Source of the DNA: Nitrososphaerota archaeon
GTDB lineage: Archaea > Thermoproteota > Nitrososphaeria_A > Caldarchaeales > Caldarchaeaceae
DNA: 64,000 nt
Direction: 5' to 3'
NCBI GenBank assembly: GCA_041641305.1
Contig: JBEPYN010000001.1
Location: 544,001 to 608,000 of the forward strand
Part shown: in pieces, positions 29,777-37,707 of the stretch
Layout: each line of letters begins with the position of its first letter
Numbering within the stretch: position 1 is the stretch's first letter
Translations under genes and position numbers: made by a program
Notes under the pieces: model-generated
Told to the model about the DNA's origin: nothing
What the model saw: the letters and a program-made list of their open reading frames with translations, nothing else
Database searches by the model: none

Positions 29777-30811
29777 TTGAGAATAGAGTACAGGCGGCTC
29801 CAGCTCTCGGCCATGGGTAGTTATCTCGTGACGATTCCGCGGCAGTGGGTTGAGGAGCTGGGCTGGGATTAGGGTAGTAGGCTTGTGCTGGGCCTTGAGG
29901 GGGGTAGGATTACAATAGCATCCGAGACCAAGTCGGCGCAGCCGCGTAGGTCTACGCACACGATATACATAGAGGACTTTCCAAACCATAAGTTTCTGGA
30001 ACTATGCATAAACGCCTCCTACATACAGGGGAATGACGTAACTGATATTCTCTCGCGCGAGAAGCTGAGGTCTGAGCATCGTAAGTGGATTCGCGACGCT
30101 CTGGATAGTGTTGTGGGCGCTGAGATTGCCGAGGAGTACTCGGATAGGGTTATACTCCCGAGCCTTGTTGACCCGCTGAAGTTCCATATCAACGCGGTGG
30201 TGAGCAGGTTCTCTGTGGTGGCTATGGCTGTTTATACCGACGCCGTGAAGGCTCTCTACATAGGAGACCGCGACCTTGCGTTAGATGCTTATGAGCGGGG
30301 CAAGGACAGCGCGAAGCTCTACCGCCTCCTCATGAGGCAGGTCGTAGAATGCGCGCGGAACCCAGAGCTTGCGGCGCGTATGGAGATGCCAGACCTAGGT
30401 GAGGTGATAGTCATGGGGCTCACGGTGCGGGAGCTGAGCAGGATAGCATACTACGCCATGCGCATAGCGGAACACGCGGCGGAGATAGCGGAGGCAGGCC
30501 TTGACGACGAGATACTAAACATAATCTCAGAAACACACGCCGCCGCTATGAGCCTGCATAGGAACGGGATGCAGGCACTGCAGGAGAAGAGCCTACACCT
30601 CGCGAGCAAGGTGATAGATGATATGGAAACGCTCCGCGAGGTGTTTGACAGGGGGCTGAGCTACATCATGTCTGGGAAGCTCAAGCCAGAGGTGGCTAGG
30701 CATGTGCTGTTCATACTGAGGAACTTCAGGGCGATAGGTGGCTATGCCGTTGGACTCGCCGACAACGCGACGCTCAGAATATTCTCGCGGAGCGTTTCAT
30801 CTGAACCTTAG
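29777..30811 (+). pseudogene. phoU: AbrB/SpoVT-PhoU phosphate-uptake regulator with an in-frame TAG
   Basis: TTG 29777 gives MRIEYRRLQLSAMGSYLVTIPRQWVEELGWD*GSRLVL; TAG at 29870-29872; intact PhoU domains follow. Confidence 0.75.
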
Positions 30812-32698
30812 CAGATGGAGAGCCAGAGCTATTATCGCGAGCGTTACCCCGTCATCGCCCAGCACGCCCACCCAGAGGGGTATCAGGCCAGCTATTCCAA
30901 GCGTGATGAGAGACAGCTTCAGCCCTATAGCGAGCAGTAGGTTTGCCTTGAGTGTCTTCACAAGCCTCCTGCTCAGCCTGATTAGATACTCAACTATGCG
31001 GAGGTCGTTTCCCATTAGGGCTACGTCGGCAGCCTCTATCGCTATGTCATTACCAGCAGTACCCACGGCTACGCCGACATCAGCGGCCGCCAACACTGCG
31101 GCGTCATTAACGCCATCGCCAACCATCATCACTGGCCCATAACGCTGACGAAGCTCCCTGACCACGCGAACCTTATCCTCTGGTAGTAGGCCGGCATAAT
31201 ACTCGTCTATCCCCAGATGCTCGGCCACCTCGCGCGCCGCGCGCTCGTCATCGCCCGTGAGCATGACAACCCTAATGCCCAGGCGCTTAATCTTCTGAAC
31301 AGCCTCGCGCGCCTCTGGCCGCGGGGTGTCGGAGAGGCTTATCGTCCCAGCAAACCTGTTATTCACGGCAACGTCAACGACTGAGCCGCGCAGCTCCTCA
31401 TGAACCACGTGGCTATGGTTTGCCTGTGAATTCACGAATGAGTGGCGGCCAATAATTATCAGCTGGCCATCCGTTGTCAGGGCGATCACACCCATCCCTG
31501 GCCTCTCCTCAGCCTTCACATCGCCGTGAAGGCTTATCCCGTTGGACTTTGCCGCCTCAACAATAGCATTAGCTATCGGATGCGTTGAGCGCGAGGCTGC
31601 AAGGGCTGAGAGCTTCAGAAGCTCCCTCTCGCTGAAGCCGCTTGTGGGCTTAACACCAACAACGCGAAGCACACCCTTCGTTAATGTCCCAGTCTTGTCA
31701 AATGCAACGACGCGCGTACGCGCCATATTCTCCATGTATATCCCGCCCTTGACCAGTGAGGAGCTCCACATGGCGCGCGTAAGCCCCAGCATCACGGTAA
31801 CTGGTGTTGCTATCACGATTGCGCTTGGGCAGGCTATGATGAGGACGACCAGCGCCCTATACACCCATTTCATCAGGGGCTGGGCTAGCATTAGCGGCGG
31901 GACAACAGCCACGAGGGCTGCCAGAACAGTAGTAGCTGGGGTGTAGTATCTGGAGAACCTGTCTATGAAGCGCTCCAGCCTAATCTTCTTCTCGCGCGCC
32001 TCAATAACAAGCTTGGTTATCCTACTGACGGTGGAATCCCTAAACGGCTTCTCCGCAACAAGCTCCAGCGAGCCCGTTAAGTTAAGCGTTCCAGAGAGAA
32101 CCACATCCCCAGGCTGCTTCTCAACTGGTATTGACTCACCAGTTACTGTTGACTGGTCTATTGTGGAGCTTCCCGCCACGATGCGGCCGTCAACTGGTAT
32201 GCGCCAGCCAGGCTTGACAACCACGATGTCGCCGACCTCTATCTCCTCTACGGGTATCTCCTCAACCTTGTCGACGCGCTTGACGAGGGCGCGCTGGGGG
32301 AGGAGCGACGCCATCCGCCGCGTGATGTTCCTAACCTTATCAACGGTATAATCCTCCAGCGTCTCGGCGAAGTGGTAGAGTATCAGGACGGCCGCGCCCT
32401 CCTCATAGAAGCCTATCGCGGCCGCTCCCACCGCACCGGTGAGCATGAGGACATCGGTGTTGAACGGGTTGCTCCTAAACCTGCGCACAGCGTCATAAGC
32501 AACGGGGACGGCGACCAGCAGGAGAGCAACGCCAGCCAGGAAATGCTCAACAGGGCCTCCCAAGCCCTGCCAGAGCATCGCGAGAGCCGCGAGAAGGAAG
32601 GCTAAAGCTACTAAAGCCAGAACGAGCCGCTTTGACAGGCGGCTCTCATATTCCTCGCTCTCGCTATGCTCGTGCCCACCAGTCAAAACAAACGTCAA
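30797..32698 (-). CDS. Heavy-metal (Zn/Cd/Co) P1B-type ATPase
   Basis: TGESIPV, IACPSA, FDKTGTLT, HP, MVGDGVND; short His-containing N-terminus. Confidence 0.92.
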   Translation of the reverse strand: MTFVLTGGHEHSESEEYESRLSKRLVLALVALAFLLAALAMLWQGLGGPVEHFLAGVALLLVAVPVAYDAVRRFRSNPFNTDVLMLTGAVGAAAIGFYEEGAAVLILYHFAETLEDYTVDKVRNITRRMASLLPQRALVKRVDKVEEIPVEEIEVGDIVVVKPGWRIPVDGRIVAGSSTIDQSTVTGESIPVEKQPGDVVLSGTLNLTGSLELVAEKPFRDSTVSRITKLVIEAREKKIRLERFIDRFSRYYTPATTVLAALVAVVPPLMLAQPLMKWVYRALVVLIIACPSAIVIATPVTVMLGLTRAMWSSSLVKGGIYMENMARTRVVAFDKTGTLTKGVLRVVGVKPTSGFSERELLKLSALAASRSTHPIANAIVEAAKSNGISLHGDVKAEERPGMGVIALTTDGQLIIIGRHSFVNSQANHSHVVHEELRGSVVDVAVNNRFAGTISLSDTPRPEAREAVQKIKRLGIRVVMLTGDDERAAREVAEHLGIDEYYAGLLPEDKVRVVRELRQRYGPVMMVGDGVNDAAVLAAADVGVAVGTAGNDIAIEAADVALMGNDLRIVEYLIRLSRRLVKTLKANLLLAIGLKLSLITLGIAGLIPLWVGVLGDDGVTLAIIALALHLLRFR

Positions 32699-32750
32699 GA
32701 CAGAACACCAGCTCCGCTATCATATAAGTATTTTCGTCAATTGATAATTG

Positions 32751-33474
32751 GATAGTGTCCGGATAAGGGACTATATTTAAAGGCCGGTCTTCGATGATAA
32801 TCTGCGTGGATGCCGTCGCCCTGATCTCGAGCTGTTTCGTGCGCAACAAAAAAGCCGTGAGGTGAAGGTCCTCGCTGTCTTGGAGTACATGTTCCGCGGT
32901 AGCTGTAGGAGGGTCTCTAAAGTTCTGAGAAGTCTACTGTACACGATCTTGCTAGGAAGGTATCCTCAACGGTAGCAGTAGCCTCAGAGCCGAAGCGTAG
33001 GAGGTGCATAGCTGTTGATGAGACTAAGCTCAGGGTTAAGGGCGCTGTCGTCTACGTCTGGTCAGCTGTAGACGTCGATTCCGGCGAATTGCTGGCTCTA
33101 GAGGCTTCATACGGGAGGAGCTGCCTCAACGCGTTAACCTTCCTGAAAAAGGCCCTCAATATGTGCTTGAACAAACCTAAGGTTATAGTCGATAGGGGTC
33201 CATGGTATATCGTTGAGCATATGCTCAACAAAGTATCCGTGGGCGTTACAGAGGCTAGGGCTGGAATACGAGCACCAGAGGTTCGGAATGAGGAACAGGG
33301 TAGAGAGGTTCTTCAGATACCTAAAAGAGAGGACAGGATTATATCATAACAAATTGAGCGCGAAGAACTACGAACAAGGAATAAAGAACCTAAACTTGCT
33401 CCTAAATCTCTTCACGCTATACTACCAAACCGTTAGGAACGGGGGTGGGTAGAGGTGCTTATCCGGACACTATC
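32751..33474 (+). mobile_element. IS6-family insertion sequence (724 bp), transposase inactivated
   Basis: Perfect 17-bp TIRs GATAGTGTCCGGATAAG (32751-32767) and CTTATCCGGACACTATC (33458-33474); fragments IAVDETKL, YVWSAVDVDSGE, VDRGPWY, RNRVERFFRYLKERT split by frameshifts. Confidence 0.9.
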
Positions 33475-33806
33475 GCTTAAATGATTTAGAGACGGGTTTT
33501 ACACTTTCTTGGGGAAGGTCTTCGGCATTGTTTGTTCTTCTCTCTTAGGGTTTCATAATTACTCACCTTTACAAGGTGACGACTACGTAACATGACGCTA
33601 CCCCGGAATCATCACTGGCATACCGAGATGAAAAAAGGAAAGAAGGAGGGGTTGTATACACCACCTTCATCTCCTACGCCTTCGCCCAAGACTTTCCCCG
33701 CGGAACGCCCGACTGTCTTCCGCCCGCATGTCATCACCCTCTGGAGTATGGGGTTGACGCCGCAGGCGCCGGCTGGTTTCTGTCACCCTTCATAGGGAAA
33801 GGTTCA

Positions 33807-34580
33807 TTAGGAGCCCTCACCCAATATACCCTCGGCAGGGGCTGCCGGAGGGGTCTTGGGAAGGACTTCCTCCCCTTCCCCTCCAAGTGGCAGACCCTGA
33901 CACTGGGGGCCTTGGGTGAAGGCTTTCTCGACGGCTGTTGTAAGGTTGTCTAATGCCTGTTTGTATTCTCTGAGCTCTTTTCCGAGGTGGGTGTCGAGCA
34001 GGTGGAAACCGTGAAGTAGTAGCGCTGTTCTCGCCAGATTTTTCACCGCCACATGGTCTCTGTCATCTCGGTGTCCGCATTCTTCGCACTTCAGTCTATC
34101 CCATCTGCCTTTCTCATGCTTCATCAGTTTGTTGCATTTTGGACATAGACTGCTGGTGTAGTGGGGAGGCACTGTTACTAGCTTCCCCATCTTTTCGCAT
34201 GCTGTTGACAGTCGTCGTATAAGCTTGGCTATGGGCCAGCTGCTGATGATATGTGACTTTTCAGGGTCTTTTGCTTTTAGCCGCTGCTTTAGCTGACCGG
34301 CGTTTAGCCGCTCCAGAACCACTGCCTGTGTATTCGATGCAAGCCTCTTCACTAAACCGGCTGATTTGTTCACCCAGTCGTTGTCCAGGTTTCTAGCATA
34401 TCTCAGCCACGCATATGCTGGTCTTCCATGGATCCTTAGAGACCGCCTGTTAACCCTTCTGACAAACAATAGCTTGCCGACGTTGCGTGAGACACGTTTA
34501 TAACCCCTGAAGCGGATCAGCAGCCCAACCTCAACCTCGGCAACTATGATGTCTCTGACGTTTACGTCCACCACGACCAT
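33807..34580 (-). CDS. tnpB: Minimal TnpB-like nuclease (RuvC + Zn finger only, 257 aa)
   Basis: Starts at RuvC-I (MVVVDVN); VVLERL (RuvC-II); VPPHYTSSLCPKC...CEECG.RDDRDHVAVKNL (ZnF and RuvC-III). Confidence 0.85.
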   Translation of the reverse strand: MVVVDVNVRDIIVAEVEVGLLIRFRGYKRVSRNVGKLLFVRRVNRRSLRIHGRPAYAWLRYARNLDNDWVNKSAGLVKRLASNTQAVVLERLNAGQLKQRLKAKDPEKSHIISSWPIAKLIRRLSTACEKMGKLVTVPPHYTSSLCPKCNKLMKHEKGRWDRLKCEECGHRDDRDHVAVKNLARTALLLHGFHLLDTHLGKELREYKQALDNLTTAVEKAFTQGPQCQGLPLGGEGEEVLPKTPPAAPAEGILGEGS

Positions 34581-34584
34581 TTTT

Positions 34585-34934
34585 ATGGATCCCCGCAGCG
34601 CATAGCTCCGAAGCAGATCTGGAAAATATCCTCCCGCCCCGGCCCCCAACCCCGAAGAGCCGGAGCCGCCAAAGCGTTCTCCAGATCCTCCCATAGCTCT
34701 CCCCGCTCATCCCTAGACCCGGAGGCTGAGACCCCAGGCCTTTGGGATGAGACCTGGGGGCTTGGGTCTAGGGATCATCAAGCACGCTAACTGCCGCCGA
34801 ATGTGTAACATCTGCGTAGGGTCGACAACCCTACTTTCTGCGGGCAGCCGACTACCGCCCTTTTAACGGCCAGGCGACTACCGGCCCTATAGCCCAGCTA
34901 GGCGGGGCTTTCCACTCCTTCTCCTTACCTAGCC
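34585..34934 (-). ncRNA. Putative structured ncRNA or leader upstream of the minimal TnpB
   Basis: Series of stems with G-U pairs valid on the minus strand, a cUUCGg tetraloop, three phased hairpins, and a TATA-like TTATTATA about 25 nt upstream. Confidence 0.55.
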
Positions 34935-35027
34935 GTTTTCAACTACATTGTCCCGATATAATAACTTAACTTCCCACTTTCAGATACCTCTTAACTTATT
35001 TGAGGCTACCCTACTATTCACTGTAGT

Positions 35028-36302
35028 ATGCTCCTTAGACGGGTGTCCTTAGATAAGAAGAGACTCCAGGTCAGCATCTCAGGCAAAGTTTTCAATGTGT
35101 GGGGTAGGGAGGACGAGGGTTATGTCCTGAAAGGTGGTCTAAACCTGCTTGAGCACGTGCGGGGTATTAGGCTGTCTGACCTTCCTGAGCATTTGGTGGT
35201 AGAGATTGGTCCTAGGTTATCGGAGAAGTTTGGACTACAAAGAAGATTGAATTTCTCGGCAAGTCGGAAGGCTTTCAAAGTATCCTATCTGCTAACTGCT
35301 TCACGGGAAACTCTGATAGATGTTGAAGAGTATGCGTCAGAGATTGCTCGCAAGGCTGAGGAACATGGATTCAGCTGTCAAACCAGCAAGACGGAAGAAG
35401 AGACCCACATTGAGGCTAGTTACCGGCTGGGCGGAGGAGAGGAGATAGGGTATATTGTGGAGCTTTTCGAGGATGCATTAGCGTCTGCAGAGAGGTCGAT
35501 TGAGCAGAAAGAAAAGAGTATGCGTCAAAAGCTGGAGTACTGGATAGGAAATGTGGAACGGCTTGATGGCCGCATTCTCTCAAAACTGAACGGCTTAGAA
35601 GGCGTGGCTAAATGGATTATCCATCCGCTCACCAGTAAAGAGATAGCGTTCATACTCTTCGGCATCAAGCCTGAGTCGTTTAATCTGGGAGCCAAGCTGT
35701 CTTATGCATTGCTTCAAAGATTCGGGGTCTGGGATGGAGAGACAATAGATAGGCTTAAGGCCTTAGGCATAATCGCATACATGGAAGATAATTCAAGGCT
35801 CTTCTGCACGTTCACAGGATGGCGGGTCAAAAAGCTCCTCGAACAAATGATCTTCTTGGAACCTAAAAGCTTCACCTCATCCACAGCCAGCGGCTACGAC
35901 CCAATCTCCCTCCTCCACTATATCGGGAGGAACTTCCCATCACTGGCAATATCCAAAAGCAGGAGATTCAGAGGAAACAAAGGCGGAGCATTCAGATACG
36001 CCGAAAAAATGCTGAAACAGCTAACCTTCACACATATAGCAGCCCTAGCCGGAATCTATTGGCGGCTTCCCATACCCAAGCAGGTATTAGACGAAACCCT
36101 CAGCCAGCTGGTCAGCCTAGGCTTCATAAGCCACAACAGAAAAATCAAACCCTTCGCCAAATGGATAATAAGCCTGCTAAACGGCTACATCAGAAAAACC
36201 AAACTAGCCACAAACCCAAACCAAAAACAAACCCAGACAACACTGTTCAACTGGAACTGCCTACAAGAAACATTCATAAAACGAATATCTGAAAAACGGT
36301 AA
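35028..36302 (+). CDS. Hypothetical protein (424 aa) in the island
   Basis: Long ORF with ATG, divergent from the TnpB locus; no motif recognised. Confidence 0.7.
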   Translation: MLLRRVSLDKKRLQVSISGKVFNVWGREDEGYVLKGGLNLLEHVRGIRLSDLPEHLVVEIGPRLSEKFGLQRRLNFSASRKAFKVSYLLTASRETLIDVEEYASEIARKAEEHGFSCQTSKTEEETHIEASYRLGGGEEIGYIVELFEDALASAERSIEQKEKSMRQKLEYWIGNVERLDGRILSKLNGLEGVAKWIIHPLTSKEIAFILFGIKPESFNLGAKLSYALLQRFGVWDGETIDRLKALGIIAYMEDNSRLFCTFTGWRVKKLLEQMIFLEPKSFTSSTASGYDPISLLHYIGRNFPSLAISKSRRFRGNKGGAFRYAEKMLKQLTFTHIAALAGIYWRLPIPKQVLDETLSQLVSLGFISHNRKIKPFAKWIISLLNGYIRKTKLATNPNQKQTQTTLFNWNCLQETFIKRISEKR

Positions 36303-36337
36303 AAACCGGGTCAGGTCCGTGAAATTTCTGGAGGCTG

Positions 36338-36461
36338 TCCCGCGGGGCGGATTTGAACCGCCGACCACCCGGTTTCCATGTTGCCTGGCGGGCTGATCTT
36401 CGGCTCAGCCACTTGGCTGACCGCTACAGCCGGGCGCTCTACCAGGCTGAGCTACCGCGGG
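36338..36461 (-). tRNA. tRNA-Tyr (GTA) with a 50-nt intron at 37/38
   Basis: CCCGCGG acceptor; CCCGG-CTGTAG[intron]A-CCGGG; T arm GGCGG-TTCAAAT-CCGCC; bulge-helix junction CUGU/AUGG with AAA bulge. Confidence 0.95.
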
Positions 36462-37030
36462 ACTTTGTTCGAGATGTTGATTTGCTCGGTGTTTTTTAGT
36501 TTTTCGAGGGCTTGGAACCGTTTTGAGAGCATGTACGCGTTTATGGCTAGTAGGGTGATCGCCGCCGCTGTGAGGAATGGGCTGAGGGCTGATACGGCCG
36601 CTACTCCGAAGAAGACGACAGAAACTGGCCATCCGCAGCAGAGGTAGCCGAAGCTTATCACGCTCGCTAGGAGGCCGCCCACCCCGCTCCAAGCCGTCCC
36701 CAGCATACAGGTTCTCAACATGCCGCGGCGATAAAGCGTGAGAAGAAGCCCCGCATTATATCCGACAAGCGCAGAGACCACCAGACCGAGAAGCATGGAG
36801 TAAATGCGGAGGTTGAAGACGAACCCGTCGCCCACAACCTGTAGCAGAGGTCCCGTGTAAAGCTGCGTCTCAACAAACGTGTAGACGAACGCCGTGGACG
36901 CTATGCCTATCCGAGGCGTCTGTATAAGCTGGGCCGCGCCTGTGAAGAACAGGTAGAAGAGAAAATAGGCTATAGCTGATGGAGCCGAGTAAGTGATGAG
37001 CTGTCTCTTCACGGTCTTGTCAGCAACCAT
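36452..37030 (-). CDS. Membrane protein with a CC motif, coupled to SCO
   Basis: About 4 TM, GYLCCGWP; overlaps the SCO stop; 3' end overlaps the first bases of tRNA-Tyr. Confidence 0.7.
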   Translation of the reverse strand: MVADKTVKRQLITYSAPSAIAYFLFYLFFTGAAQLIQTPRIGIASTAFVYTFVETQLYTGPLLQVVGDGFVFNLRIYSMLLGLVVSALVGYNAGLLLTLYRRGMLRTCMLGTAWSGVGGLLASVISFGYLCCGWPVSVVFFGVAAVSALSPFLTAAAITLLAINAYMLSKRFQALEKLKNTEQINISNKVPR

Positions 37031-37674
37031 TCAACTCCCTTCTGATATTCGTCAAAAGGCATGTCAGGTGTGAAGGCGAGGCGGAGAATGTGCTGCCTAT
37101 CTGCACCCAAGACGAGAGCATAATGGTCAACGAGATAGTTTCCCTGCTCATCGGGAGGCTGCTTCGTATAGAAGACGTTGTATAGACGGGCAACTTGCTC
37201 AATTTCTTCAGGCGTGCCTGTTAAGGCTATGATTTTTTCAGAGTAGTAGGATACATATTTTTTCATGGCGTCCACGGTGTCCCTCTCCGGGTCAACCGTG
37301 ATAAATATGAGCGCGACATCGTTGGCTCTGTTTCCGAGAGTTTTGACGAGTTGTGCGTACTTGGTCATGACAAGTGGGCACACGTCGGGGCAGTGTGTGT
37401 AGCCAAAATAGATTAGCACGGCTTTACCCTTAACGCTTGACAAGGTGAATGGGTTTCCGTTCTGGTCTGTGAGCGTGAAGTCTGGGAGAACCCTGTCTCC
37501 CGGGATTTCTATCGCTGGTTTATAGGGTTCGAGCACTTGACGTGATAGAACAGCTGCTGAGGCGCCCGCGGCGACTGCGAGAGCCGCGACGCCTATGAAT
37601 AGCAGCAGCTTTGACCTGTCCACGTCTAATGTGTGGGGTGTCTTTGTTTTAAGTTTATGCCAGTTTCTTGGCAA
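37009..37674 (-). CDS. sco: SCO1/SenC copper chaperone (true start probably near 37623)
   Basis: FGYTHCPDVCP, ITVDPERDT, YLVDH; N-terminal TM. Confidence 0.93.
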   Translation of the reverse strand: MPRNWHKLKTKTPHTLDVDRSKLLLFIGVAALAVAAGASAAVLSRQVLEPYKPAIEIPGDRVLPDFTLTDQNGNPFTLSSVKGKAVLIYFGYTHCPDVCPLVMTKYAQLVKTLGNRANDVALIFITVDPERDTVDAMKKYVSYYSEKIIALTGTPEEIEQVARLYNVFYTKQPPDEQGNYLVDHYALVLGADRQHILRLAFTPDMPFDEYQKGVEWLLTRP

Positions 37675-37707
37675 AGAATAAAAGCGGTTGCACCGAGTTG
37701 TTGTAGG

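Larger units (their letters stand above)
28877..36353. mobile_element. Putative decayed genomic island integrated at the tRNA-Tyr 3' end
   Basis: Imperfect direct repeat GTCCCGCGGGCAGGATT (28877-28893) vs GTCCCGCGGGGCGGATT (36337-36353, tRNA 3' end), 15/17 identical; interior holds IS remnants and accessory genes; no integrase seen. Confidence 0.6.

Noticed and set aside
29870-29872. Pyrrolysine decoding of the phoU TAG
   Set aside because: No pyl genes in the window, and many genes here end in TAG.
34581-34694. Gly-rich N-terminal extension of the TnpB ORF (MGGSGERFGG...)
   Set aside because: It coincides with GC-rich stems and a UUCG hairpin and has no WED/REC resemblance. ATG 34580 is preferred, though the longer start cannot be excluded.
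33500-34934. Group I/II intron, RNase P or SRP RNA as the identity of the structured region
   Set aside because: A GAAGACAGUC segment resembles a group I S element but has no suitably placed GACUG partner. No group II domain V is seen, and GAGGAAGUCC lacks a matching RNase P P4 3' strand. An Rfam search is still needed.
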